From: Elusimicrobiota bacterium
GTDB taxonomy: Bacteria > Elusimicrobiota > Elusimicrobia > Elusimicrobiales > UBA9959
Assembly: GCA_003482905.1 (NCBI GenBank)
Contig: DMXM01000036.1
Location: 117,201 to 181,200 of the forward strand
Length of the DNA: 64,000 nt
Direction: 5' to 3'
The translations under genes were made by a program, and so were the position numbers. The notes under the pieces are model-generated. The model saw only the letters and a program-made list of their open reading frames with translations. It was not told the origin of the DNA and did no database searches. Positions 25,842 through 34,951 of the stretch are shown piece after piece; the first letter of the stretch is position 1; each line of letters opens with the position of its first letter.

Positions 25842-26741
25842 ATGCCTTATGACCCTACTTTGGATATAGCCCCGGAACTGCTTTCACGCGCCGCGCGCGC
25901 GGTCGGCTTGCGCCCCGACATAACGCAGGGCGGCGGGGGGAATGTCTCCGTGAAGTTAGGCAGCGAGCGCATGCTGGTAAAGGCCTCCGGCGTAAAACTG
26001 AAAGACGTCGATCCGGACGGCGGTTACGCCCTTGTGAATTACGGGAATATCCGCCGCCGCATAGCCGCGGGTCCGGGCGGGGAGAACGAGTTTTCCGATT
26101 TCATCTGCGCGCAGGCGCTGCCGGTGCGGGGCGTGAAGGCGGCCAAGCCTTCCATAGAGACCGGCTTTCACGCGCTTTTAAACACGGTCGTAATTCACAC
26201 GCACTCGGTTTACGCCAATATCCTCAACATGAGCGCGGAGGGCCATGCCCTCGGCAAAGAGCTGTTCCCCGGCGCGGAGTTCATCCCTTACAGATCTCCA
26301 GGGCCGCAGCTTTGCTCGGCTATAAACGACAGGGCCCGTGCCTCCGGCCCGCAGATCTTCTTCCTGGCCAACCACGGCCTGGCCGTGGCGCACGCCGGCT
26401 TGGAGGGGGCGCTGGAATTAAATGAACGCGTGAACGATACCATACGCCGCGGCCTGTCGCTGCCTCCCTACCCGGCCGTCAGCGCCAGCGGCAATGCCGC
26501 GCGGCTGGTGCATTATGGCAAGGCCTTCATGCTGGAGAATATCCTGTCCCCCGACCAGGCCCTCTACTGCGGCCCGGACGCGCTGAACGGACGTTGCGGC
26601 GAATCCGGGACCGAAGTGCTTACGGCCCTCTTTTATATTCTGGATCGTATCAAGGAGCTAAAATTCACCCCCCGGTTCCTCGGCAAAGAAGATATATCTT
26701 ATTTCGACACCATGAAAAGCGGACGTTATAGCCGAAAGTAA
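25842..26741 (+). CDS. Class II aldolase/adducin-domain protein
   Basis: 299 aa. GGGGNVSVK...MLVKASGVKL and VIHTHSVYANI are typical of class II aldolase-fold proteins, as in the N-terminal domain of rhamnulose-1-phosphate aldolase/dehydrogenase fusions. Confidence 0.65.
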   Translation: MPYDPTLDIAPELLSRAARAVGLRPDITQGGGGNVSVKLGSERMLVKASGVKLKDVDPDGGYALVNYGNIRRRIAAGPGGENEFSDFICAQALPVRGVKAAKPSIETGFHALLNTVVIHTHSVYANILNMSAEGHALGKELFPGAEFIPYRSPGPQLCSAINDRARASGPQIFFLANHGLAVAHAGLEGALELNERVNDTIRRGLSLPPYPAVSASGNAARLVHYGKAFMLENILSPDQALYCGPDALNGRCGESGTEVLTALFYILDRIKELKFTPRFLGKEDISYFDTMKSGRYSRK

Positions 26742-26755
26742 GCAGCGTCACCTGA

Positions 26756-28465
26756 CTATTTCTTTTTTAGTTCTTCAAGGCGCGCAAGGTTCTGGCGGGC
26801 GCTTTCCAGGGCCGGTGATATTTTTAGCGCCCGGCGGAAAAGTTCTCCGGCTCCGGCGTGATCTCCGGCGCGGGCCAGCAGTATGCCGTAATCGTTCAGC
26901 CCTTCCAGGTCGTAGGGATTAATTTCAAGAAGCCGCGCGTAAAAGACGGCCGCCTGGGCGGCGCGTCCGGCCGCGCCGTAGGCGCGCGCCGCGGCCAGCA
27001 GGCCGGGTGTGTGTTCCGGGTCCGCTTTCAGTACCGCCTTGAGGCAATCGGCCGCCTCGCGGGCGGCTCCAGCCGAAGCCAGCACGCAGTATTTGTTGAA
27101 AAGGGTCTCCGCGCTGCCCGGTCTTGCCGTCAGCGCGGTTTGCAGCGCGGCCAGAGCGCCGGGGGTGTCCCCGGTCCGCCAACGCGCGAGCGCGAGCCCG
27201 TTAAGATAAAGAACGTTGCCGCGGTCGGCCGCGGATATCTTCTCGAGAATGGCCAGGCTTTCCGGCGTCCTGCCCAGCAGGTAATATTCGCGGGCCAGGT
27301 TATAGAGCATGGGTTTGGAAACGGAGCGGCGCGCGGCATGCTCGTAGATCTTCAGGTCGGTGTCCCTTTGATTTATATTGAACGCGGAGGCGCAGACCAG
27401 CGCGGCGGCGGCCGCCGGCGGCAAAAAACGCCGCCAGCCCTGCGCGGAAGCCAGCTTCCCGGCGGCCCACAGGAAGACGCCGGCGTTGGCCAGGTAAACC
27501 CAGTGGTCCAGCATCAGGTCGTTGGCGGCCAGCAGGGGCAGTTTGGGCGCCAGGTTAAGCAGGTACCAGCCGGCGCAGAATACCGCCGTCCTGCCGCCGC
27601 GCCAGGCCAGGAACGCGGCCGCGGCCAGCGCCGGCAGGCTTATGTAACGCAGCAGCGCCAGGTCCGGCTGCATGCGGTGGGAATGCATGTCGAAAGGCAG
27701 CAGGGTTTCCTTTAAATAGAAGAGAACGCTTTGCGGAACTTTCAGGACCAGGCCCGAAATCACGGGGGTCAGCCCCTTTCCCAGCGCGTCCATGCCCAGC
27801 GCCTGGTGGCGGAGAAAAAGATAGACCGGGATGAAAGCGAAGAAAGGCAGCAACTTTAAATAGTCTTTTTTATCGCGCTTCAGGTACCAAAGGCAGAGCG
27901 CCGCCAGCGCCGGCGTTATTATTCCGTTCTCTTTGAAACCGGCAGCGGCCAGGAAAAAAATAAAAGAAAGGGCGACGCGCCTCTTCAGGAAGAGCAACAG
28001 GGAGGCCGCTATACAGGCGCTTGCGGCCAGCTCCGCCCGTCCGGCGATTATTATCAACTGTTCTACCGCCGCCGGGTGCGCGGCCAGCAGGATGGCCGCC
28101 CACATGGCAGCCGGCCGCCCGGCGCCGAGGGCCAGCGCCAGATAGAAGAACAGGACGGCCGTGGCCGCGTGAAAAAGAAAATTGGTAAGGTGGTAGCCGA
28201 AAGGCCTGTAGCCCCAGACGGCGAAGTCGGCCATGTTGCTGACCGTCTGCAGCGGGCGGTAATAGTTCAGACCCTGGTTGAACGGGTCGCCTTTGAAAGC
28301 CGAAACGAGGTTGCCCGCGTTCAGCTCCAGGCGTGGGTTCTGCTCTATCATGCGGTGATCGTCCCACATGAAGCCGGTCTTCAGGGTAAGACCAAAAGCC
28401 AGCAGGGCCGCCAGGAAAATGGCCGCCGGCGCCGCCGCGCTCTTAATATAAGTGCTTTTCATCAT
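26756..28465 (-). CDS. Polytopic GT-C-like membrane protein with C-terminal TPR repeats (TMTC/PMT_2-like)
   Basis: 569 aa. About 10 predicted TM helices and the FMWDDHRMIEQNPRL motif (DUF1736/TMTC-like), followed by several TPR-like repeats in the C-terminal roughly 200 aa. Confidence 0.65.
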   Translation of the reverse strand: MMKSTYIKSAAAPAAIFLAALLAFGLTLKTGFMWDDHRMIEQNPRLELNAGNLVSAFKGDPFNQGLNYYRPLQTVSNMADFAVWGYRPFGYHLTNFLFHAATAVLFFYLALALGAGRPAAMWAAILLAAHPAAVEQLIIIAGRAELAASACIAASLLLFLKRRVALSFIFFLAAAGFKENGIITPALAALCLWYLKRDKKDYLKLLPFFAFIPVYLFLRHQALGMDALGKGLTPVISGLVLKVPQSVLFYLKETLLPFDMHSHRMQPDLALLRYISLPALAAAAFLAWRGGRTAVFCAGWYLLNLAPKLPLLAANDLMLDHWVYLANAGVFLWAAGKLASAQGWRRFLPPAAAAALVCASAFNINQRDTDLKIYEHAARRSVSKPMLYNLAREYYLLGRTPESLAILEKISAADRGNVLYLNGLALARWRTGDTPGALAALQTALTARPGSAETLFNKYCVLASAGAAREAADCLKAVLKADPEHTPGLLAAARAYGAAGRAAQAAVFYARLLEINPYDLEGLNDYGILLARAGDHAGAGELFRRALKISPALESARQNLARLEELKKK

Positions 28466-28500
28466 CCGTATTGCCGCAAGTGCCCGTGAACCACCCCGGG

Positions 28501-29424
28501 CTAGAATTCCAGGTTAGGCCGCAGTATGAACTGGAAGCTGTTGGGTGTTTTTGTTCCGGCCGCCGAGTTCGAGAGCGGGCCGGAATATTTTTTATCTGCG
28601 GTCCAGACGAAACCCAGGCCCAGCGTGAAGGCCATCCGGGAATTCTTCATGGGGAATTTCTTGTCCAGCACCAGGTAATGACGTATCGGTTCCAGTTTCT
28701 TCTGCGAAAAATCGGAGACGTATTCGAAGCCGCTGTTATGCAGCCAGAAACTGCCGCCCCGCTGCTTGAAATCGGTGCGGCTCCTGCGGAAGCCTACGAA
28801 AAAAGAATCAGCGATGTGGCGGTTCTCGTGGAACTTGGCGCCGCCGCGGAAGCTCCAGCGCAGGCTGCGGTCCGCCAGTATCTGCTCGCCCTTGAGCTTG
28901 CCTTCCATCTGTATCCAATTGTCGCGGATGAGTGTGTTGTTCATTATGTGATGTGTGCCCAGGTCCAGCAGCAGGCCGGAGTAGCCGTTGCGCTTGCCCC
29001 GGAAGGCCTTATTTATGGTGTCGAACGAGACCACGTTGCCGAGAAAAACAGAGAGCGCCCACGGCTCCTCGAAGCCGGCGGTCACGGCCTGGACGGCGTT
29101 GAAGTTGCTGGTCCACTGCATATCCCGGTAAAAACCGGGCTGGTGCCGCCTGACAAGCGTGCCGGCATAAGGCAGCGGGTTCAGACTGGCCTCTACGATA
29201 AGAGTGCGGGGCAGGTAGAATTTGCTGATGAGCTCTTTGTATATGTCCAGCTCTGAATCGACTTCGAGATGGGGTATGGGCTTTCCGGTGAGGCTGTTGT
29301 AAACCCCGACGGCGGAATAATAGGGGTCCAGTTCAATTTCTATAGAGGTTTTCTTTTCCGAAACTTCATCGGCGGCGGCGTAAAGCGGGACCAGGGTAAG
29401 CAGGAGGGCAAGCAGTAGTTTCAT
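28501..29424 (-). CDS. Hypothetical outer-membrane beta-barrel protein
   Basis: Signal peptide MKLLLALLLTLVPLYAA, alternating beta-strand pattern, aromatic-rich, and a C-terminal ...RPNLEF ending in Phe (OMP signature). It lies 35 nt upstream of the TMTC-like gene on the same strand. Confidence 0.5.
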   Translation of the reverse strand: MKLLLALLLTLVPLYAAADEVSEKKTSIEIELDPYYSAVGVYNSLTGKPIPHLEVDSELDIYKELISKFYLPRTLIVEASLNPLPYAGTLVRRHQPGFYRDMQWTSNFNAVQAVTAGFEEPWALSVFLGNVVSFDTINKAFRGKRNGYSGLLLDLGTHHIMNNTLIRDNWIQMEGKLKGEQILADRSLRWSFRGGAKFHENRHIADSFFVGFRRSRTDFKQRGGSFWLHNSGFEYVSDFSQKKLEPIRHYLVLDKKFPMKNSRMAFTLGLGFVWTADKKYSGPLSNSAAGTKTPNSFQFILRPNLEF

Positions 29425-29462
29425 GGAAGTGATAATTTAGCATTTTTGCTATACTTTGCCCT

Positions 29463-30908
29463 ATGAAAACCTGCCTGACCGCCGCTTTCCTGATACTGAG
29501 CCAGTGCGCCCTTAACGCGGGCCAGCTGGATAATAAGACCAGGGGAATGGCAGCGGCGCCGGGCATAAAGAACGCGGCCTGGGGCTTAAGCGTCAAGGAC
29601 GCGGCCACCGGCATGGTAATACTCGAGCGCGACCCGCGGCGCAATCTTGTGCCGGCCAGCATCCTTAAAGTTTTCGTAACGGCCGCCGCGCTGGACAGGC
29701 TGGGCCCGGAGCGCTCTTTCCCCACACGTCTTTACTACGACGGGACGATATCCAACGGCTTTCTGAACGGCAACGTTTACATAAAAGGCGGCGGGGATCC
29801 CTCGCTTGGCTCACAGTTGGTAAAAGGCGCGGCGCCGCTGGACGAGGTTTTTAAGGCCTGGACCGAGGCCATAAGAAAAGCCGGGATAAACGTGATCAAC
29901 GGCGCGGTGGTGGGCGATGAGTCGGCTTTCGAGAGCGTGCAACCCGGGTCCTGGGCCTGGGAAGATATCGGCAACTATTACGCGGCCCAGCCTTCGGCCC
30001 TTACCGTCAACGACGGGCTTTATAAGCTGTATTTTAAACCTTCGGAAAAAGAGGGCGGCGAGGCGGCCGTGCTGCGCACCGAACCGTACATAGACGGGCT
30101 TAAGTTCGAGAATCATATGAAGACCGGTCCCGCCGGCTCCGGCGACAACGGCTATATCTTCGCTTTCCCCGGGCAGTACCAGGCCGTGCTGCGCGGTTCT
30201 ATCCCCGGCGGCGCGGCGGAATTCGCCATTAAAGGCGCCCTGCCGGACCCGGCTTTCTTCGCCGCGCAGAGTTTCAGCTATTACCTGGCGAAGGCCGGCG
30301 TCAATTCCAATAAAAAACCGTACAAAGGCCTGGCGCCGGCCGGCCCGGGAACCGTCCTGCTGGCCGAAACGGCTTCCGCCCCGCTTAAGAACACGGTGCG
30401 CGTTACCAACAAGCGCAGTTTCAACCTTTACGCGGAACTGCTGCTCAGGCAGCTGGGAGTGGGGCGCGGGGCTGGCGCCCCCGCCGCCGGGAACGCCGTT
30501 GTGAAGGCTTACCTGGCCGAGAACGGCGTTGACGTCGGGGAGATGAAGCTGGAGGACGCCTGCGGGCTTTCCCACAGGGACACGGTGAAAGCCGAAAATT
30601 TCACGGATATGCTGAGGGCCGTCTATAAGAAGAAATATTACTCCGAGTTCTACGACTCCCTGGTCTATCCGGGCGACCCGGACGCCACCGGCCACGTGCG
30701 CAACCTGGGGCGCGGCACCGCGCTCGAAAATAATTTAAGGCTCAAGTCCGGCTCGCTTAACGGCGTGCGTTCCTACACCGGTTACCTTAAAACTAAAAAA
30801 GCCAGGGTACTGGCTTTCACTTCTATCATTAATAACTATTCCGCCGCGCCCGCCGCCATAGACAAAATGCACGAAGAGCTGCTGTTGGACCTTTACAACG
30901 GGAATTGA
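29463..30908 (+). CDS. dacB: D-alanyl-D-alanine carboxypeptidase/endopeptidase (PBP4, peptidase S13)
   Basis: 481 aa with a signal peptide. SxxK motif in PASILKVFVTAAAL, S13-type architecture, and the C-terminal LKSGSLNGVRSYTGY (KTG-like region). Confidence 0.85.
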   Translation: MKTCLTAAFLILSQCALNAGQLDNKTRGMAAAPGIKNAAWGLSVKDAATGMVILERDPRRNLVPASILKVFVTAAALDRLGPERSFPTRLYYDGTISNGFLNGNVYIKGGGDPSLGSQLVKGAAPLDEVFKAWTEAIRKAGINVINGAVVGDESAFESVQPGSWAWEDIGNYYAAQPSALTVNDGLYKLYFKPSEKEGGEAAVLRTEPYIDGLKFENHMKTGPAGSGDNGYIFAFPGQYQAVLRGSIPGGAAEFAIKGALPDPAFFAAQSFSYYLAKAGVNSNKKPYKGLAPAGPGTVLLAETASAPLKNTVRVTNKRSFNLYAELLLRQLGVGRGAGAPAAGNAVVKAYLAENGVDVGEMKLEDACGLSHRDTVKAENFTDMLRAVYKKKYYSEFYDSLVYPGDPDATGHVRNLGRGTALENNLRLKSGSLNGVRSYTGYLKTKKARVLAFTSIINNYSAAPAAIDKMHEELLLDLYNGN

Positions 30909-30935
30909 AGCCGGCGTTAGAGACGCGCGTAATGG

Positions 30936-31307
30936 CTAAGGGCGGAGCCGCCTTTTAATTATTTTTTGCAGGATGTCCAGGTTTATCGGCTTTGTGATAT
31001 AGTCAAAGGCGCCGAATTCCAGGCATTCGCGCGCAACTTCCTCGTCCTCGTTGCCGGTGATCATTATAAACCCGGTCCCCGGCATTTCCGGCGCCAGCTC
31101 CTTGAGCACCGAAACGCCGTCCCTCTCGGGCATGTAAATATCCAGCAGGATGATGGCGGGCCTGGCCGCGCGGGCAAGCTCAAGCGTGGCCGCGCCGTCG
31201 GCCGCCTCCAGGATCTTCCGATCGGGCGCCGCCAGGGAACGCCGCAGAACGGCGCGGATCTCCGGGTCGTCGTCGGCGATAAGGATCCCGGCCGGATTCA
31301 CCGTCAT
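30936..31307 (-). CDS. Stand-alone response regulator receiver (CheY-like)
   Basis: 123 aa. ILIADDD, the phospho-acceptor context ILLDIYMPERDG, ITG and KP. No output domain. It starts 2 nt after the nrfA stop. Confidence 0.85.
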   Translation of the reverse strand: MTVNPAGILIADDDPEIRAVLRRSLAAPDRKILEAADGAATLELARAARPAIILLDIYMPERDGVSVLKELAPEMPGTGFIMITGNEDEEVARECLEFGAFDYITKPINLDILQKIIKRRLRP

Positions 31308-31308
31308 A

Positions 31309-32751
31309 TTAGAATTTCTCCTGGTTCTTAAACGGGTCTTTGACCTCTACGGTGGGGTCGAAGTTCAGTTTCTTCTTGCCGCGGCTATTCAGGTATTTGC
31401 CCAGTTCCAGGTCAATTCTGGCGGGGGCCGCGGCGCCGGCCTGCGCCAGCGCCTGCCGCAGCAGGCCCTCCGACTTTCCCGCGAAGTAAGCCGCGTCGCC
31501 CAGGACCCGCAGCGTTTCCGGCGGGTTATGGAACCCCATGGAGTTTTCCGCGCCGATAAAGGCCACGCGGTAGAACGCTTCCTCGTAATGATCTTTCGCC
31601 CGGGCGTAAAGCGCCTGGTCTATGGTTTTGCCGGCCTTCCGCGCGGCGTTGGCGCGCTCGAAGAGCTTGGCCGCGGCGGCGGTGGCGTAGCCGGCCCGCA
31701 GCTGCAGCGAGGCCGTGCGGTCCTGTATCGCCCGCACCCTCTCCATCAGCCATTCCGCCCCCTGCGTGTGGCACTGTATGCAGGCCTTCATGTCTTTCTT
31801 GAGCGGGCTCATTATCCGGTGGTCCGAGATCTTTTTGGAGCCCGAGCGGGTGTAGGGCATATGGCAATCGGCGCAGGCCAGCCCGGCTTTCCAGTGAGTG
31901 CTCTCATTGGAAAACAGCTCGAACTCCGGGTGGCGCAGGAACCCCAGCTTGAAGCCGGTTACGGCCTGGGTCCATTCCAGGTGCGCCGGATCGCTCTTGA
32001 TCCTTTTGATGATGTCCTCTATGGAGATCTGCCCGTATTTGGAATTCTGCCAGGGGAAGAAAACGCCGGTGGAATGCATTTCCTTGTCCTTCGGTATAAC
32101 ATAGGTTACATGGCACTGCGCGCAGACCAGGCTGCGCATTTCCTGGTTGGAAAGCCCGGAGGTGTCCACGCCCATGTCCCGCAGGGCGCGGCCCAGCGTG
32201 AAGTCGTTTTTGATCTTCAGCGCCATGTCCGCGGGGTCGTGGCAGGTGATGCAGGCGGCGCCCAGTTTTTGGTGGTTTTTTGGGATGAGCGCGTGGATCT
32301 CTTCGAAAGGTTTTGAAAAATAATCCCGGCCCAGCTTGCCCTGCAGTTCCTGCGCGTAAGGCGTTTTGCACGTGAGGCAGGCGCCGCCCGCTTTGCGCCT
32401 GGCCGGGTCCACATCCAGGATGTCGACCATCATGTTCATATGGCCGCGCGGCTCGTTGTACTCTATGCCGAAGCCCCAGCCGTTGAACAGTAGCGCCATG
32501 TACGGGAATTCCGAGAGCTTGTCGTAGATCTTGCCGTCCGTATCCCAGCCTTTTTTGTAGCTGCTTTTGCCGGCCGGCGTCGGGTTGGCGTTCGCCTCCC
32601 AGCCCTCGTGTTCCAGCGGGTAATTCTTGGCCCATTCCTTGGGCTCGTATTCCCCGGCCTTGATCTCCGTCACCTTTATGGGTTCGGCGTTCTTTGAGCA
32701 GGCCGCCGCAAATACCAGCAGTAGCGGCGCGGTTAAAAGTATTCTTTTCAT
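31309..32751 (-). CDS. nrfA: Pentaheme cytochrome c nitrite reductase NrfA (ammonia-forming)
   Basis: 480 aa with a signal peptide. The diagnostic CxxCK heme-1 motif (CLTCK) plus four CxxCH motifs (CITCH, CAQCH, CADCH, CIQCH). Confidence 0.9.
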   Translation of the reverse strand: MKRILLTAPLLLVFAAACSKNAEPIKVTEIKAGEYEPKEWAKNYPLEHEGWEANANPTPAGKSSYKKGWDTDGKIYDKLSEFPYMALLFNGWGFGIEYNEPRGHMNMMVDILDVDPARRKAGGACLTCKTPYAQELQGKLGRDYFSKPFEEIHALIPKNHQKLGAACITCHDPADMALKIKNDFTLGRALRDMGVDTSGLSNQEMRSLVCAQCHVTYVIPKDKEMHSTGVFFPWQNSKYGQISIEDIIKRIKSDPAHLEWTQAVTGFKLGFLRHPEFELFSNESTHWKAGLACADCHMPYTRSGSKKISDHRIMSPLKKDMKACIQCHTQGAEWLMERVRAIQDRTASLQLRAGYATAAAAKLFERANAARKAGKTIDQALYARAKDHYEEAFYRVAFIGAENSMGFHNPPETLRVLGDAAYFAGKSEGLLRQALAQAGAAAPARIDLELGKYLNSRGKKKLNFDPTVEVKDPFKNQEKF

Positions 32752-33161
32752 TTTTTATCCTCTCTGACGTTCAGCGTTCCCTGGCGCTTGTGCCCCACGG
32801 TGCGGTGGCAGTCTATGCAGGCGCGTTTTCCGTCCATCTCCGCCGTCAGGCCCTCGTGACAGCGTATGCAGTTGGCCTGCAGCACCCGGTGGCCGTGCGC
32901 CGACAGGGCTATTTCGTCGTGCTCGCGCAGGCCCGAAAATTCGTAAAAAACGTCCTTGTTGCCGTCTATGGTCTTCCACAGGTAGTGGTTGGCCGCGTTG
33001 TCGTTGGGCAGGTGGCAGTCTATGCAGCGGGCCTGCCGGTGCGCGGAATGCTCCCAGGCGGCGTGCTGCGGTTTCATGGAATGGCAGAGGCCGCAGAATT
33101 CCGGGGTTTCGGTGAGACCGATCATATGCGGCGGGCCGAACAGAAGAAAAAGGGCGGCCAA
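32748..33161 (-). CDS. nrfH: Tetraheme NapC/NirT-family quinol dehydrogenase NrfH
   Basis: Four CxxCH motifs (CGLCH, CIDCH, CIRCH, CIDCH). Overlaps the nrfA start by 4 nt. The frame stays open upstream to the ccsA stop and encodes the missing membrane anchor, so the true start probably lies upstream of the TTG at 33161. Confidence 0.85.
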   Translation of the reverse strand: MAALFLLFGPPHMIGLTETPEFCGLCHSMKPQHAAWEHSAHRQARCIDCHLPNDNAANHYLWKTIDGNKDVFYEFSGLREHDEIALSAHGHRVLQANCIRCHEGLTAEMDGKRACIDCHRTVGHKRQGTLNVREDKK

Positions 33162-33275
33162 ACCGGCCGCTCCGCAAAGAGCCGCAGCTTTTATAAGCGC
33201 CGCCCGGCGCTTCAGCGCGAAGGCTTTTATTCCTTTAGATAGATTTTCTATATGTGTTCCCGTAAATATCGCGCT

Positions 33276-34040
33276 TCAGGCGTAGCTATGCATCCCGCCC
33301 AGCAGGAAATTGACCCCGAAGTAAGTGAACAGCACCAGCGCGAAACAGACGATCAGTATTATGGAGAACGTCGCGCCGCGTACCCCGTTCTTGCGCAGGT
33401 GCAGCGCGACCGCGTAGGCAAGCCAGGTTATGAGCGACCAGGTCTCCTTGGGATCCCAGCTCCACCAGGCGCCCCAGGCGGTGTCGGCCCAGACCGAGCC
33501 GGTGATTATCCCCAGCGTCAGGAAGGCGAAGCCGGCTTTTGTAAGGCGAAGCAGGAAGTCCTCCGGGATCCCGGCCCGGTCTTTCCGGAGCGTCCAGGCG
33601 GCCGCCGCCGCGGCAAGCGCGAAGGCGGCGTAAGCGGCCATGGAGGACAGTACGTGAATTATCAGCCAGTCGGAGCGCAGGGCCGGCATCAGCGGACGGG
33701 CCGTACTGTCCAGCAGCGCGGCCGCGCCGAAGAGGGCGGAGGCCGCCAGCGCCGCGGCCGGTACGATCTCCGTCTTCCCGGTCGCACGGTAAAAGTAAAA
33801 CGCCAGGGGGAAAATGAACCAAAGCAGGACCAGGAGCGATTCGTACTGGTTGGAGAGCGGCGGCCGCCCCAGTTTAAGCCAAAGCGCGGCCAGGCCCGCG
33901 CTGAGCGCCAGCCAGGCCAGCCCCAGGGACCACGCGGCAATGGCGGCCAGGCGTTGTTTTTTGAAAACGTAGCCCGCCGACCAGGCGGCCAGCGCGGCCA
34001 GGGAAAAGCCGAATGCGGCGTTGAATATTAGCGCAGCCAT
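33276..34040 (-). CDS. ccsA: Cytochrome c biogenesis protein CcsA (System II heme handling)
   Basis: Polytopic protein with the WWD motif WGAWWSWDPKETWSLITW. I prefer the ATG at 34040 (MAALIFNAAFG), which overlaps the ccsB stop by 13 nt, over the track's upstream start at 34088. Confidence 0.85.
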   Translation of the reverse strand: MAALIFNAAFGFSLAALAAWSAGYVFKKQRLAAIAAWSLGLAWLALSAGLAALWLKLGRPPLSNQYESLLVLLWFIFPLAFYFYRATGKTEIVPAAALAASALFGAAALLDSTARPLMPALRSDWLIIHVLSSMAAYAAFALAAAAAAWTLRKDRAGIPEDFLLRLTKAGFAFLTLGIITGSVWADTAWGAWWSWDPKETWSLITWLAYAVALHLRKNGVRGATFSIILIVCFALVLFTYFGVNFLLGGMHSYA

Positions 34041-34945
34041 AAAAGGACTCCGATAAGAAGCAGGGCGAAGCCGGCGTAGACCACCCATACGGCGCGGTCC
34101 CTGGTTGCGGTAAGCAGGGTGTAGCCCGCTTCGGCCGGGTCATAGCTGGTCTGGTACAGGGTGTAGCCCCCCGTCCTCAGCGGTTTATTGACGGCTATCT
34201 CCGCGCGGATCTCCGGCCCCGAAGCGGGCTTGACCGTTACGGCGCTGGTGAAGTTCTTGATCTCCGCCTGCTCCAGGGCGTAAAAAATATCGAAAGGCAG
34301 GGCCTGGGCGTGCATGGCGGGGAAATTGCTGAAGAACCAGAGCTTCCGTTTCTTGCCGTTTGCAATTACCTCCAACTGGACGGCCGGGTTATGCCAGTAA
34401 GGGGATTTCTCCACCACCTCGTTCTTCGCCGTCAGGCCGAAGTCCCTGACCGCGCGCAGTATTTTTATGGAAGCGCTGCCCGGGCCCTCTACCACGGCTC
34501 CCTCCCTGGCGTCGAACACTTTGCGGGAACCATCGGCTTCCACGGTTATCCGGCCGAGAGGTTCCGCGTAGTACTCCAGGCGGAAATCCTCCAGCGTGAC
34601 CAGGAACGGAAGCTTGTACGCCGTGTCGCCGGCATATGCGGTGTCCGACGGGACGCCGGTGCGCAGGGGCAGCGAGGCTTCAAAACGGAAGAAGCGCGTG
34701 GCGAAGGCCCCCAGTATCACTATGACCAGGCCGGCGTGAATGAGAAGGAAATGCGCGGAGGCGGTCCTGGTGCGCTTCAGCGCGCAGGCCGCTATGTTGA
34801 CCGCGGTCAGCGCGCCGAGCGCCGCGAACCAGGGAGCGCCGTAGACGGGGGCGCCGCGGTTGAAAAGGGTCTGGTAGACGAAAGCCGCGGCCAGCGCCAG
34901 GCAGATGGCGAAGAACAGGCGCAGGGAGGAAAGGAATTTTATCAT
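34028..34945 (-). CDS. ccsB: Cytochrome c biogenesis protein CcsB/ResB (short form)
   Basis: 305 aa. N-terminal TM helices with conserved His context (SAHFLLIHAGLVIVILG), a large soluble loop, and a C-terminal TM helix. Immediately upstream of ccsA. Confidence 0.7.
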   Translation of the reverse strand: MIKFLSSLRLFFAICLALAAAFVYQTLFNRGAPVYGAPWFAALGALTAVNIAACALKRTRTASAHFLLIHAGLVIVILGAFATRFFRFEASLPLRTGVPSDTAYAGDTAYKLPFLVTLEDFRLEYYAEPLGRITVEADGSRKVFDAREGAVVEGPGSASIKILRAVRDFGLTAKNEVVEKSPYWHNPAVQLEVIANGKKRKLWFFSNFPAMHAQALPFDIFYALEQAEIKNFTSAVTVKPASGPEIRAEIAVNKPLRTGGYTLYQTSYDPAEAGYTLLTATRDRAVWVVYAGFALLLIGVLLWLR

Positions 34946-34951
34946 GCGGAG

